NCBI GenBank assembly: GCA_964016885.1
Contig: OZ024741.1
Coordinates: 261,330,001 to 261,394,000 of the forward strand
Source of the DNA: Eledone cirrhosa
Lineage: Eukaryota
Length of the DNA: 64,000 bases
Direction: 5' to 3'
Made by a program: the position numbers and the translations under genes. How positions within the stretch are numbered: position 1 is the stretch's first letter; every line of letters starts with the position of its first letter. The notes beneath the pieces were generated by a model, which saw only the letters and a program-made list of their open reading frames with translations, searched no databases and was not told the origin of the DNA. This document shows positions 1 to 15,836 of the stretch, piece by piece.

Positions 1-599
1 AGTGTTTTTACTTACGGTGTTTCGGCTTACGAGTGTTTCGACATGCGAGTGTTCAGACTTACGAGTGTTCCGACTTACGAGCGTTCCGACTTACGAGTGT
101 TTCGACTTACGAGTGTTAAGACTTACGGGTGTTTTGACATACGAGTGTTTCGATACGAGTGTTTCGACTTACGAGTGTTACGAGTGTTCTGACTTACGAG
201 TGTTCTGACTTACGAGTGTTCTGACTTACGAGTGTTCTGACTTACGAGTGTTCCGACTTACGAGCGTTCCGACTTACGAGTGTTTCGGCTTACAAGTGTT
301 CCGACTTACGAGTGTTTCGACTTACGAGTGTTTTGACTTACGGTGTTTCTGCTTACGAGTGTTTCGACTTACGAGTGTTAAGACTTACGGGTGTTTTTAC
401 ATAGGAGTGTTTCGATACGAGTGTTTCGACTTACGAGTGTTACGAGTGTTCTGACTTACGAGTGTTTCGACTTACGAGTGTTCTGACCTACAAGTGTTCT
501 GACTTACGAGTGTTTCGACTTACGAGTGTTTCGACTTGCGAGTGTTTCGACTTACGAGTGTTTCGGCTTACGAGTGTTTCGGTGTTTCGGCTTACGTGT

Positions 600-3500
600 G
601 TTTCGACTTACGACTGTTTCGGCTTACGAGTGTTTTGACTTACGAGTGTTTCGACTTACGAGTGTTTCGACTTACGAGTATTTTTGGCTTACGAGTGTTT
701 CGACTTACGAGTGTTTTGACTTACGGGTGTTTTGACATACGAGTGTTTCGATACGAGTGTTCTGACTTACGAGTGTTCTGACTTACGAGTGTTTTGACTT
801 ACGAGTGTTCTGACTTACGAGTGTTCCGACTTACGAGTGTTCCGACTTACGAGTGTTTCGGCTTACGAGTGTTTCCGGCTTACGAGTGTTTCGACTTCCG
901 AGTGTTTTGACTTACGGTGTTTCGGCTTACGAGTGATTCGACTTACGAGTGTTTTGACTTACGCGTGATTTGACTTACGGGTGTTGTGAATTACGAGTGT
1001 TCCGATTTACGAGTGTTTTGACTTACGGTGTTTCGGCTTACGAGTGATTCGACTTACGAATGTTTTGACTTACGGGTGTTTCGGCTTGCGAGTGTTTCGA
1101 CTTACGAGTGTTTCGGCTTATGGGTGTTTCGACTTACTAATGTTTTTACTTACGTGTTTCGGCGTACGAGTGTTTTGACTTACGAGTGTTTCGACTTACG
1201 AGTGTTTCGACTTTCGAGTGTTTTGACTTACGGTGTTTCGGCTTACGAGTGATTCGACTTACGAGTGTTTTGACTTACGGGTGTTTTGACTTACGGGTGT
1301 TGTGAATTACCAGTGTTCCGATTTACGAGTGTTTTGACTTACGGTGTTTCGGCTTGCGAGTGTTTCGACTTACGAGTGTTTCGGCTTATGAGTGTTTCGA
1401 CTTACTAATGTTTTTACTTACGAGTGTTTCGGCGTTCGAGTGTTTTGACTTACGAGTGTTTCGACTTACGAGTGTTTTGACTTACGAATGTTTTGATTTA
1501 CGGGTGTTTCGGCTTACGGGTGTTTCGACTTACGAGTGTTTCGACTTATGAGTGTTTCGACTTACGAGTGTTCTGACTTACGAGTGTTCTGACTTACGAG
1601 TGTTCCGACTTACGAGTGTTTCGGTTTACGAGTGTTTCGACATACGAGTGTTTTGACTTACGGGTGTTTCGACTTACGGGTGTTTCGACTTACGAGTGTT
1701 TCGGCTTACGAGTGTTTCGACTTACTAATGTTTTTACTTACGAGTGTTTCGGTGTACGAATGTTTTGACTTAAGGAAGTTTCGACTTACGAGTGTTTCGA
1801 CTTACGAGTGTTTCGGCTTACGTGAGTTTCGACTTAAGAGTGTTCTGATTTACGAGTGTTCTGACCTGCGGGTGTTCTGATTTACGAGTGTTCCGACTTA
1901 CGAGTGTTTCGGCTTATGAGTGTTTCGACTTACGAGTGTTTCGGCTTACGAGTGTTTCTACTTATGGGTGTTTCGACATAGGAGTGTTTTTACTTATGGT
2001 GTTTCGGCTTACGAGTTTTCGACATACGAGTGTTTTGACTTACGGGTGTTTCGACTTACGAGTGTTTTGACTTACGAATGTTTTGACTTACGGGTGTTTC
2101 GGCTTACGAGTGTTTTGACTTACGAGTGTTTCGGCTTACGAGTGTTTCGACTTACTAATGTTTTTACTTACGAGTGTTTCGGCGTACGAGAGTTTTGACT
2201 TACGAGTGTTTCGACTTACGAGTGTTTTGACTTACGAATGTTTTGACTTACGGGTGTTTCGTCTTATGAGTGTTTCGACTTACGAGTCTTTCGGCTTACG
2301 AGTGTTTCGACTTACTAATGTTTTTACTTACGAGTGTTTCGGCGTACGAGTGTTTCGACTTACGAGTGTTTCGACTTACGGGTGTTTTGACTTACGGGTG
2401 TTTCGGCTTACGAGTGTTTCGACTTACGAGTGGTTTGACTTAAGGGTGTTTCGACTTACGAGTGTTTCGACGTACGAATGTTTTGGCTTACGAGTGTTTC
2501 GGCTTATGAGTGTTTCGACTTACGAGTGTTTCGACTTACGAGTGTTTCGGCTTACGAGTGTTTCGACTTACGAGTGTTTCGGCTTACGAGTGTTTCAGTG
2601 TTTCGGCTTACGTGTGTTTCGACTTACGAGTGTTTCGACTTACGACTGTTTCGGCTTACGAGTGTTTCGGCTTACGAGTGTTTCGGCTTACGAGTGTTTT
2701 GACTTACGAGTGTTTTGACTTACCATTGTTTGGCTTACGAGTGTTCTGACTTACGGGTGTTCTGACTTACGAGTGTTCCGACTTACGAGTGTTTCGGCTT
2801 ATGAGGGTCTCGACTTACGAGTGCTTCGGCTTACGAGTGTTTCGACTTACGAGTGTTTCGGCTTACGAGTGTTTCGACTTACGAGTGTTTCGACTTACGA
2901 GTGTTTTGACTTACGGTGTTTCGGCTTACGAGTGTTTCGACATACGAGTGTTTTGACGTACGGGTGTTTCGACTTACGGGACTTTCGACTTAAGAGTGTT
3001 TCGACTTACGAGCGCTTCGACTTACGAGTATTTCGACTTACGAGTGTTTCGGCGTATGAGTGTTTTGACTTACGAGTGTTTCGACTTACGAGTGTTTCGA
3101 CTTACGAGTGTTTCGACTTACGAGTGTTTCGACTTACGAGTGTTTCGACTTACGGGTGTTTTGACATACGAGTGTTTCGATACGAGTGTTCTGACTTACG
3201 AGTGTTCTGACTTACGAGTGTTCTGACTTACGAGTGGTTCGACATACGAGTGTTTTGACTTACGGGTGTTTCGACTTACGAGTGTTTTGACTTACGAATG
3301 TTTTGACTTACGGGTGTTTCGGCTTACGAGTGTTTCGACTTACGAGTGTTTCGGCTTACGAGTGTTTCGACTTACGAGTGCTTTGACTTACGAATGTTTT
3401 GACTTACTTCGACTTACGAGTGATCTGACTTACGAGGGTTCCTACTTACGAGTGTTTCGACTTACGAGTGTTTCGGCTTACGAGTGTTTCGGTGTTTCGG

Positions 3501-6500
3501 CTTACGTGTGTTTCGACTTACGAGTGTTTCGACTTACGAGTGTTTCGACTTGCGAGTGTTTCGACTTACGAGTGTTTCGGCTTACGAGTGTTTCGGTGTT
3601 TCGGCTTACGTGTGTTTCGACTTCCGAGTGTTTCGACTTACGGGTGTTTTGACTTACGACTGTTTCGGCTTACGAGTGTTTTGACTTACGAGTGTTTCGA
3701 CTTACTAGTGTTTCGACTTACGAGTATTTTTGGCTTACGAGTGTTTCGACTTACGAGTGTTTTGACTTACGGGTGTTTTGACATACGAGTGTTTCGATAC
3801 GAGTGTTCTGACTTACGAGTGTTCTGACTTACGAGTGTTTTGACTTACGAGTGTTCTGACTTACGAGTGTTCCGACTTACGAGTGTTCCGACTTACGAGT
3901 GTTTCGGCTTACGAGTGTTTCCGGCTTACGAGTGTTTCGACTTCCGAGTGTTTTGACTTACGGTGTTTCGGCTTACGAGTGATTCGACTTACGAGTGTTT
4001 TGACTTACGGGTGATTTGACTTACGGGTGTTGTGAATTACGAGTGTTCCGATTTACGAGTGTTTTGACTTACGGTGTTTCGGCTTACGAGTGATTCGACT
4101 TACGAATGTTTTGACTTACGGGTGTTTCGGCTTGCTAGTGTTTCGACTTACGAGTGTTTCGGCTTATGGGTGTTTCGACTTACTAATGTTTTTACTTACG
4201 AGTGTTTCGGCGTACGAGTGTTTTGACTTACGAGTGTTTCGACTTACGAGTGTTTCGACTTTCGAGTGTTTTGACTTACGGTGTTTCGGCTTACGAGTGA
4301 TTCGACTTACGAGTGTTTTGACTTACGGGTGTTTTGACTTACGGGTGTTGTGAATTACCAGTGTTCCGATTTACGAGTGTTTTGACTTAGGGTGTTTCGG
4401 CTTGCGAGTGTTTCGACTTACGAGTGTTTCGGCTTATGAGTGTTTCGACTTACTAATGTTTTTACTTACGAGTGTTTCGGCGTTGGGAGTGTTTTGACTT
4501 ACGAGTGTTTCGACTTACGAGTGTTTTGACTTACGAATGTTTTGATTTACGGGTGTTTCGGCTTACGGGTGTTTCGACTTACGAGTGTTTCGACTTATGA
4601 GTGTTTCGACTTACGAGTGTTCTGACTTACGAGTGTTCTGACTTACGAGTGTTCCGACTTACGAGTGTTTCGGTTTACGAGTGTTTCGACATACGAGTGT
4701 TTTGACTTACGGGTGTTTCGACTTACGGGTGTTTCGACTTACGAGTGTTTCGGCTTACGAGTGTTTCGACTTACTAATGTTTTTACTTACGAGTGTTTCG
4801 GTGTACGAATGTTTTGACTTAAGGATGTTTCGACTTACGAGTGTTTCGACTTACGAGTGTTTCGGCTTACGTGAGTTTCGACTTAAGAGTGTTCTGATTT
4901 ACGAGTGTTCTGACCTGCGGGTGTTCTGATTTACGAGTGTTCCGACTTACGAGTGTTTCGGCTTATGAGTGTTTCGACTTACGAGTGTTTCGGCTTACGA
5001 GTGTTTCTACTTATAGGTGTTTCGACTTACGAGTGTTTTGACTTACGAATGTTTCGGCTTACGAGTGTTTCGACTTACGAGTGGTTTGACTTAAGGGTGT
5101 TTCGACTTACGAGTGTTTCGACGTACGAATGTTTTGGCTTACGAGTGTTTCGGCTTATGAGTGTTTCGACTTACGAGTGTTTCGACTTACGAGTGTTTCG
5201 GCTTACGAGTGTTTCGACTTACGAGTGTTTCGGCTTACGAGTGTTTCAGTGTTTCGGCTTACGTGTGTTTCGACTTACGAGTGTTTCGACTTACGACTGT
5301 TTCGGCTTACGAGTGTTTCGGCTTACGAGTGTTTCGGCTTACGAGTGTTTTGACTTACGAGTGTTTTGACTTACCATTGTTTGGCTTACGAGTGTTCTGA
5401 CTTACGGGTGTACTGACTTACGAGTGTTCCGACTTACGAGTGTTTCGGCTTATGAGGGTCTCGACTTACGAGTGCTTCGGCTTACGAGTGTTTCGATTTA
5501 CGAGTGTTTCGGCTTACGAGTGTTTCGGCTTACGAGTGTTTCGACTTACGAGTGTTTTGACTTACGGTGTTTCGGCTTACGAGTGTTTCGACATACGAGT
5601 GTTTTGACGTACGGGTGTTTCGACTTACGGGACTTTCGACTTAAGAGTGTTTCGACTTACGAGCGCTTCGACTTACGAGTATTTCGACTTACGAGTGTTT
5701 CGACTTACGAGTGTTTCGACTTACGAGTGTTTCGACTTACGGGTGTTTTGACATACGAGTGTTTCGATACGAGTGTTCTGACTTACGAGTGTTCTGACTT
5801 ACGAGTGTTCTGACTTACGAGTGGTTCGACATACGAGTGTTTTGACTTACGGGTGTTTCGACTTACGAGTGTTTTGACTTACGAATGTTTTGACTTACGG
5901 GTGTTTCGGCTTACGAGTGTTTCGACTTACGAGTCTTTCGGCTTACGAGTGTTTCGACTTACGAGTGCTTTGACTTACGAATGTTTTGACTTACTTCGTC
6001 TTACGAGTGATCTGACTTACGAGGGTTCCTACTTACGAGTGTTTCGACTTACGAGTGTTTCGGCTTACGAGTGTTTCGGTGTTTCGGCTTACGTGTGTTT
6101 CGACTTACGAGTGTTTCGACTTACGAGTGTTTCGACTTGCGAGTGTTTCGACTTACGAGTGTTTCGGCTTACCAGTGTTTCGGTGTTTCGGCTTACGTGT
6201 GTTTCGACTTCCGAGTGTTTCGACTTACGGGTGTTTTGACTTACGACTGTTTCGGCTTACGAGTGTTTTGACTTACGAGTGTTTTGACTTAAGGGTGTTT
6301 CGCCTTACGAGTATTTTTGGCTTACAAGTGTTTCGACTTACGAGTGTTTTGACTTACGAGTGTTCTGATTTACGGATGTTTCGACATACGATTGTTTCGA
6401 CTTACGAGTGTTTCGGCTTATGATTGTTTCGACTTACGAGTGTTTTGACTTACGGTGTTTCAGCTTACGAGTGTTTCGACTTACGAGTGTTTTGACTTAC

Positions 6501-9100
6501 GGGTGTTTTGACATACGAGTGTTTCGATACGAGTGTTCTGACTTACGAGTGTTCTGACTTACGAGTGTTTTGACTTACGAGTGTTCTGACTTACGAGTGT
6601 TCCGACTTACGAGTGTTCCGACTTACGAGTGTTTCGGCTTACGAGTGTTTCCGGCTTACGAGTGTTTCGACTTCCGAGTGTTTTGACTTACGGTGTTTCG
6701 GCTTACGAGTGATTCGACTTAAGAGTGTTTTGACTTACGGGTGATTTGACTTACGGGTGTTGTGAATTACGAGTGTTCCGATTTACGAGTATTTTGACTT
6801 ACGGTGTTTCGGCTTACGAGTGATTCGACTTACGAATGTTTTGACTTACGGGTGTTTCGGCTTGCGAGTGTTTCGACTTACGAGTGTTTCGGCTTATGGG
6901 TGTTTCGACTTACTAATGTTTTTACTTACGAGTGTTTCGGCGTACGAGTGTTTTGACTTACGAGTGTTTCGACTTACGAGTGTTTCGACTTTCGAGTGTT
7001 TTGACTTACGGTGTTTCGGCTTACGAGTGATTCGACTTACGAGTGTTTTGACTTACGGGTGTTTTGACTTACGGGTGTTGTGAATTACCAGTGTTCCGAT
7101 TTACGAGTGTTTTGACTTACGGTGTTTCGGCTTGCGAGTGTTTCGACTTACGAGTGTTTCGGCTTATGAGTGTTTCGACTTACTAATGTTTTTACTTACG
7201 AGTGTTTCGGCGTTCCAGTGTTTTGACTTACGAGTGTTTCGACTTACGAGTGTTTTGACTTACGAATGTTTTGACTTACGGGTGTTTCGGCTTACGGGTG
7301 TTTCGACTTACGAGTGTTTCGACTTATGAGTGTTTCGACTTACGAGTGTTCTGACTTACGAGTGTTCTGACTTACGAGTGTTCCGACTTACGAGTGTTTC
7401 GGTTTACGAGTGTTTCGACATACGAGTGTTTTGACTTACGGGTGTTTCGACTTACGGGTGTTTCGACTTACGAGTGTTTCGGCTTACGAGTGTTTCGACT
7501 TACTAATGTTTTCACTTACGAGTGTTTCGGTGTACGAATGTTTTGACTTAAGGATGTTTCGACTTACGAGTGTTTCGACTTACGAGTGTTTCGGCTTACG
7601 TGAGTTTCGACTTAAGAGTGTTCTGATTTACGAGTGTTCTGACCTGCGGGTGTTCTGATTTACGAGTGTTCCGACTTACGAGTGTTTCGGCTTATGAGTG
7701 TTTCGACTTACGAGTGTTTCGGCTTACGAGTGTTTCTACTTATGGGTGTTTCGACATACGAGTGTTTTTACTTACGGTGTTTCGGCTTACGAGTGTTTCG
7801 ACATACGAGTGTTTTGACTTACGGGTGTTTCGACTTACGAGTGTTTTGACTTACGAATGTTTTGACTTACGGGTGTTTCGGCTTACGAGTGTTTCGACTT
7901 ACGAGTGTTTCGGCTTACGAGTGTTTCGACTTACTAATGTTTTTACTTACGAGTGTTTCGGCGTACGAGAGTTTTGACTTACGAGTGTTTCGACTTACGA
8001 GTGTTTTGACTTACGAATGTTTTGACTTACGGGTGTTTCGTCTTATGAGTGTTTCGACTTACGAGTCTTTCGGCTTACGAGTGTTTCGACTTACTAATGT
8101 TTTTACTTACGAGTGTTTCGGCGTACGAGTGTTTCGACTTACGAGTGTTTCGACTTACGGGTGTTTTGACTTACGGGTGTTTCGACTTACGAGTGTTTCG
8201 ACGTACGAATGTTTTGGCTTACGAGTGTTTCGGCTTATGAGTGTTTCGACTTACGAGTGTTTCGACTTACGAGTGTTTCGGCTTACGAGTGTTTCGACTT
8301 ACGAGTGTTTCGGCTTACGAGTGTTTCAGTGTTTCGGCTTACGTGTGTTTCGACTTACGAGTGTTTCGACTTACGACTGTTTCGGCTTACGAGTGTTTCG
8401 GCTTACGAGTGTTTCGGCTTACGAGTGTTTTGACTTACGAGTGTTTTGATTACCATTGTTTGGCTTACGAGTGTTCTGACTTACGGGTGTTCTGACTTAC
8501 GAGTGTTCCGACTTACGAGTGTTTCGGCTTATGAGGGTTTCGACTTACGAGTGCTTCGGCTTACGAGTGTTTCGACTTACGAGTGTTTCGGCTTACGAGT
8601 GTTTCGACTTACGAGTGTTTCGACTTACGAGTGTTTTGACTTACGGTGTTTCGGCTTACGAGTGTTTCGACATACGAGTGTTTTGACGTACGGGTGTTTC
8701 GACTTACAGGACTTTCGACTTAAGAGTGTTTCAACTTACGAGCGCTTCGACTTACGAGTATTTCGACTTACGAGTGTTTCGGCGTATGAGTGTTTTGACT
8801 TACGAGTGTTTCGACTTACGAGTGTTTCGACTTTCGAGTGTTTCGACTTACGAGTGTTTCGACTTACGAGTGTTTCGACTTACGGGTGTTTTGACATACG
8901 AGTGTTTCGATACGAGTGTTCTGACTTACGAGTGTTCTGACTTACGAGTGTTCTGACTTACGAGTGTTTCGACATACGAGTGTTTTGACTTACGGGTGTT
9001 TCGACTTACGAGTGTTTTGACTTACGAATGTTTTGACTTACGGGTGTTTCGGCTTACGAGTGTTTCGACTTACGAGTGTTTCGGCTTACGAGTGTTTCGA
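600..9100 (+). repeat. Higher-order repeat, ~3 copies of a ~2.6-3.1-kb block
   Basis: The marker TTACCATTG recurs at ~2720, ~5371 and ~8450. Matching ORF-track entries lie at 1632/4681/7410 and 2478/5129/8209. Confidence 0.85.
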
Positions 9101-12100
9101 CTTACTAATGTTTTTACTTACGAGTGTTTCGGCGTACGAGAGTTTTGACTTACGATTGTTTCGACTTACGAGTTTTTCGACTTACGAGTATCTTGACTTA
9201 CGAATGTTTTGACTTACGGGTATTTCGGCTTACGAGTGTTTCGACTTACGAGTCTTTCGGCTTACGAGTGTTTCGACTTACTAATGTTTTTACTTACGAG
9301 TGTTTCGGCGTACGAGTGTTTCGACTTCCGAGTGTTTCGACTTAAGGGTGTTTCGACTTACGATATTTTTGGCTTACGAGTGTTTTGACTTACGAGTGTT
9401 CTGATTTACGGATGTTTCGACATACGAGTGTTTCGACTTACGAGTGTTTCGACTTATGAGTGTTTCGACTTACGAGTGTTTCGACTTACGAGTGTTTCGG
9501 CTTATGATTGTTTCGACTTACGAGTGTTTTGACTTACGGTGTTTCAGCTTACGAGTGTTTCGACTTACGAGTGTTTTGACTTACGGATGTTTTGACATAC
9601 GAGTGTTTCGATACGAGTGTTCTGACTTACGAGTGTTCTGAATACGAGTGTTTTGACTTACGAGTGTTCTGACTTACGAGTGTTCCGACTTACGAGTGTT
9701 TCGGCTTACGAGTGTTTCCGGCTTACGAGTGTTTCGACTTACGAGTGTTTTGACTTACGGTGTTTCGGCTTACGAGTGATTCGACTTACGAGTGTTTTGA
9801 CTTACGGGTGTTTTGACTTACGGGTGTTGTGAATTACGAGTGTTCCGATTTACGAGTGTTTTGACTTACGGTGTTTCGGCTTACGAGTGATTCGACTTAC
9901 GAATGTTTTGACTTACGGGTGTTTCGGCTTGCGAGTGTTTCGACTTACGAGTGTTTCGGCTTATGAGTGTTTCGACTTACTAATGTTTTTACTTACGAGT
10001 GTTCTGACTTACGAGTGTTCCGACGTACGAGTGTTCCGACTTACGAGTGTTTCGGCTTACGAGTGTTTCCGGCTTACGAGTGTTTCGACTTACGAGTGTT
10101 TCGACTTATGAGTGTTTTGACTTACGGTGTTTCGACTTACCAGTGATTCGACTTACGAGTGTTTTGACTTACGGGTGTTTTGACTTACGGGTGTTGTGAA
10201 TTACGAGTGTTCCGATTTACGAGTGTTTTGACTTACGGTGTTTCGGCTTACGAGTGATTCGACTTACGAATGTTTTGATTTACGGGTGTTTCGGCTTGCT
10301 AGTGTTTCGACTTACGAGTGTTTCGGCTTATGAGTGTTTCGACTTACTACTGTTTTTACTTACGAGTGTTTCGGCGTACGAGTGTTTTGACTTACGAGTG
10401 TTTCGACTTACGAGTATTTTGACTTACGAATGTTTTGACTTACGGGTGTTTCGGCTTACGAGTGTTTCGACTTACGAGTGTTTCGGCTTGCGAGTGTTTC
10501 GACTTACTAATGTTTTTACCTACGTGTTTTTCGGCGTTCGAGTGTTGCGACTTACGAGTGTTTCGACTTACGGGTGTTTTGACTTAAGGGTGTTTCGACT
10601 TACAAGTGTTTCGACTTACGAGTGTTTCGACTTACGAGTGTTCTGACTTACGAGTGTTCTGATTTACGGATGTTTCGACATACGAGTGTTTCGACTTAGG
10701 AGTGTTTCGACTTACGAGTGTTTTGACTTACGGGTGTTCTGACTTACGAGTGTTCTGACTTACGAGTGTTCTGATTTACGAGTGTTCCGACTTACGAGTG
10801 TTTCGGCTTACGAGTGTTTCGGCTTACGAGTGTTTCGGCTTACGAGTGTTTCCGGCTTACGAGTGTTTCGACTTACGAGTGTTTCGACTTTCGAGTGTTT
10901 TGACTTAAGGTGTTTCGGCTTACGAGTGATTCGACTTACGAGTGTTTTGACTTACGGGTGTTTTGACTTACGGGTGTTGTGAATTACCAGTGTTCCGATT
11001 TACGAGTGTTTTGACTTACGGTGTTTCGGCTTGCGAGTGTTTCGACTTACGAGTGTTTCGGCTTATGAGTGTTTCGACTTACTAATGTTTTTACTTACGA
11101 GTGTTTCGGCGTTCGAGTGTTTTGAATTACGAGTGTTTCGACTTACGAGTGTTCCTACTTACGAGTGTTTCGGTTTACGAGTGTTTCGACATACGAGTGT
11201 TTTGACTTACGGGTGTTTCGACTTACGGGTGTTTCGACTTACGAGTGTTTCGGCTTACGAGTGTTTCGACTTACTAATGTTTTTACTTACGAGTGTTTCG
11301 GTGTACGAATGTTTTGACTTAAGGATGTTTCGACTTACGAGTGTTTCGACTTACGAGTGTTTCGGCTTACGTGAGTTTCGACTTAAGAGTGTTCTGATTT
11401 ACGAGTGTTCTGACATGCGGGTGTTCTGATTTACGAGTGTTCCGACTTACGAGTGTTTCGGCTTATGAGTGTTTCGACTTACGAGTGTTTCGGCTTACGA
11501 GTGTTTCTACTTATGGGTGTTTCGGCTTACGAGTGTTTTGACTTACGAGTGTTTTGACTTAAGGGTGTTTCGACTTACGAGTATTTTTGGCTTACGAGTG
11601 TTTCGACTTACGAGTGTTTTGAATTACGAGTGTTCTGATTTACGGATGTTTCGACATACGAGTGTTTCGACTTACGAGTGTTTCGACTTATGAGTGTTTC
11701 GACTTACGAGTGTTTCGACTTACGAGTGTTTCGGCTTATGAGTGTTTCGACTTACGAGTGTTTTGACTTACGGTGTTTCGGCTTACGAGTGTTTCGACTT
11801 ACGAGTGTTTTGACTTACGGGTGTTTTGACATACGAGTGTTTCGATACGAGTGTTCTAACTTACGAGTGTTCTGACTTACGAGTGTTCTGACTTACGAGT
11901 GTTTTGACTTACGAGTGTTCTGACTTACGAGTGTTCCGACTTACGAGTGTTCCGACTTACGAGTGTTTCGGCTTACGAGTGTTTCGACGTATGGGTGTTT
12001 CGACTTACGAGTGTTTTTACTTACGGTGTTTCGGCTTACGAGTGTTTCGACATACGAGTGTTCAGACTTACGAGTGTTCCGACTTACGAGCGTTCCGACT

Positions 12101-15100
12101 TACGAATGTTTCGACTTACGAGTGTTAAGACTTACGGGTGTTTTGACATACGAGTGTTTCGATACGAGTGTTTCGACTTACGAGTGTTACGAGTGTTCTG
12201 ACTTACGAGTGTTCTGACTTACGAGTGTTCTGACTTACGAGTGTTCTGACTTACGAGTGTTCGGACTTACGAGTGTTTCGGCTTACGAGTGTTTCGACTT
12301 ACGAGTGTTCTGACTTACGAGTGTTCCGACTTACGAGCGTTCCGACTTACGAGTGTTTCGGCTTACAAGTGTTCCGACTTACGAGTGTTTCGACTTACGA
12401 GTGTTTTGACTTACGGTGTTTCTGCTTACGAGTGTTTCGACTTACGAGTGTTAAGACTTACGGGTGTTTTGACATACGAGTGTTTCGATACGAGTGTTTC
12501 GACTTACGAGTGTTACGAGTGTTCTGACTTACGAGTGTTTCGACTTACGAGTGTTCTGACCTACAAGTGTTCTGACTTACGAGTGTTTCGACTTACGATT
12601 GTTTTTTTCACTTACGGGTGTTGCGACTTACGCGTGTTTCGATTTACGAGTGTTTAGACTTACGAGTGTTTCGACTACGAATGTTCCGACTTACGAGTGT
12701 TTCGACTTACGAGTGTTTCGACTTACGGGTGTTCCGACTTACGAGTGTTTCGGCTTACGATTGTTTCGAGTTACGAGTGTTTCGGTTTACGAGTGTTTCG
12801 ACTTACGGGTGTTTTGACTTACGGTGTTTCGGCTTACGAGTGTTTTGACTTACGAGTGGTCTGACTTACGGGTGTTCTGACTTACCAGTGTTCCGACTTA
12901 CGAGTGTTTCAGCTTATGAGTGTTTCGACTTACGAGTGCTTCGGTTTACGAGTGTTTCGACTTACGAGTGTTTCGGCTTATGAGTGTTTCGACTTACGAG
13001 TGTTTTGACTTATGGTGTTTCGGCTTACGAGTGTTTCGACATACGAGTGTTTTGACTTACGGGTGTTTCGACTTACGGGTGTTTCGACGTAAGAGTGTTT
13101 TGACTTACGGGTGTTTTGACTTACGACTGTTTCGGCTTACGAGTGTTTTGACTTACGAGTGTTTTGACTTAAGGGTGTTTCGACTTACGAGTATTTTTGG
13201 CTTACGAGTGTTTCGACTTACGAGTGTTTTGACTTACGAGTGTTCTGATTTACGGATGTTTCGACATACGAGTGTTTCGACTTACGAGTGTTTCGACTTA
13301 TGAGTGTTTCGACTTACGAGTGTTTCGACTTACGAGTGTTTCGGCTTATGATTGTTTCGACTTACGAGTGTTTTGACTTACGGTGTTTCAGCTTACGAGT
13401 GTTTCGACTTACGAGTGTTTTGACTTACGGGTGTTTTGACATACGAGTGTTTCGATACGAGTGTTCTGACTTACGATGTTCTGACTTACGAGTGTTTTGA
13501 CTTACGAGTGTTCTGACTTACGAGTGTTCCGACTTACGAGTGTTCCGACTTACGAGTGTTTCGGCTTACGAGTGTTTCCGGCTTACGAGTGTTTCGACTT
13601 ACGAGTGTTTTGACTTACGGTGTTTCGGCTTACGAGTGATTCGACTTACGAATGTTTTGACTTACGGGTGTTTCGGCTTGCGAGTGTTTCGACTTACGAG
13701 TGTTTCGGCTTATGAGTGTTTCGACTTACTAATGTTTTTACTTACGAGTGTTCTGATTTACGAGTGTTCCGACTTACGAGTGTTTCGGCTTACGAGTGTT
13801 TCGGCTTACGAGTGTTTCGACTTACGAGTGTTTCGACTTACGAGTGTTCCGACTTACGGGTGTTTCGACTTACGAGTGGTTTGGCTTACGGTGTTTCGGC
13901 TTGCGAGTGTTTCGACTTACGAGTGTTTCGGCTTATGGGTGTTTCGACTTACTAATGTTTTTACTTACGAGTGTTTCGGCGTACGAGTGTTTTGACTTAC
14001 GAGTCTTTCGACTTACGAGTGTTTCGACTTACGAGTGTTTCGGCTTACGTGAGTTTCGACTTAAGAGTGTTCTGATTTACGAGTGTTCTGACTTGCGGGT
14101 GTTCTGATTTACGAGTGTTACGACTTACGAGTGTTTCGGCTCATGAGTGTTTCAACTTACGAGTGTTTCGGCTTACGAGTGTTTCGACTTATGGGTGTTT
14201 CGACTTACGAGTGTTTTTACTTACGGTGTTTCGGCTTACGAGTGTTTCGACATACGAGTGTTTTGACTTACGGGTGTTTCGACTTACGAGTGTTTTGACT
14301 TACGAATGTTTTGACTTACGGGTGTTTCGACTTACGAGTGTTTCGACTTACGAGTGTTTCGGCTTACGAGTGTTTCGACTTACTAATGTTCTTACTTACG
14401 AGTGTTTCGGCGTACGAGAGTTTTGACTTACGAGTGTTTCGACTTACGAGTGTTTCGACTTACGAGTGATTTGACTTACGAATGTTTTGACTTACGGGTG
14501 TTTCGGCTTACGAGTGTTTCGACTTACGAGTCTTTCGGCTTACGAGTGTTTCGACTTACTAATGTTTTTACTTACGAGTGTTTCGGCGTACGAGTGTTTC
14601 GACTTACGAGTGTTTCGACTTACGGGTGTTTTGACTTACGGGTGTTTCGGCTTACGAGTGTTTTGACTTACTAGTGTTTTGACTTAAGGGTGTTTCGACT
14701 TACGAGTATTTTTGGCTTACAAGTGTTTAGACTTACGAGTGTTTTGACTTACGAGTGTTTTGATTTACGGATGTTTCGACATACGAGTGTTTCGACTTAC
14801 GAGTGTTTCGACTTATGAGTGTTTCGACTTACGAGTGTTTCGACTTACGAGTGTTTCGGCTTATGAGTGTTTCGACTTACGAGTGTTTTGACTTACGGTG
14901 TTTCCGCTTACGAGTGTTTCGACTTACGAGTGTTTTGACTTACGGGTGTTTTGACATACGAGTGTTTCGATACGAGTGTTCTGACTTACGAGTGTTCTGA
15001 CTTACGAGTGTTTTGACTTACGAGTGTTCTGACTTACGAGTGTTCCTACTTACGAGTGTTCCGACTTACGAGTGTTTCGGCTTACGAGTGTTTCCGGCTT

Positions 15101-15836
15101 ACGAGTGTTTCGACTTAGGAGTGTTTTGACTTACGGTGTTTCGGCTTACGAGTGATTCGACATACGAGTGTTTTGACTTACGGGTGTTTTGACTTACGGG
15201 TGTTGTGAATTACGAGTGTTCCGATTTACGAGTGTTTTGACTTACGGTGTTTCGGCTTACGAGTGATTCGACTTACGAATGTTTTGACTTACGGGTGTTT
15301 CGGCTTGCGAGTGTTTCGACTTACGAGTGTTTCGGCTTATGAGTGTTTCGACTTACTAATGTTTTTACTTACGAGTGTTTCGGCGTACGAGTGTTTTGAC
15401 TTACGAGTGTTTCGATTTACGAGTGTTTCGGCTTGCGAGTGTTTCGACTTACTAATGTTTTTACTTACGAGTGTTTCGGCGTACGAGTGTTTCGACTTAC
15501 GAGTGTTTCGACTTACGGGTGTTTTGACTTACGGGTGTTTCGGCTTACGAGTGTTTCGACTTACGAGTGTTTTGACTTAAGGGTGTTTCGACTTACGAGT
15601 GTTTCGACTTACGAGTGTTTCGGCTTACGAGTGTTTTGACTTAAGGATGTTTCGACTTACGAGTGTTTCGATACGAGTGTTTCGACTTACGTGTGTTCTG
15701 ACTTACGAGTGTTCTGACTTACGAGTGTTCTGACTTACGAGTGTTCCGACTTACGAGTGTTTCGACTTACGAGTGTTTTGACTTACGAATGTTCTGACTT
15801 ACGGGTGTTTCGCCTTACGAGTGTTTCGACTTACGA

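Noticed and set aside
1668-1680. CENP-B box similarity in the variant TTCGACTTACGGG
   Set aside because: The canonical box is TTCG-N4-A-N2-CGGG. Here the spacing is two bases short, so it is not a canonical CENP-B box.
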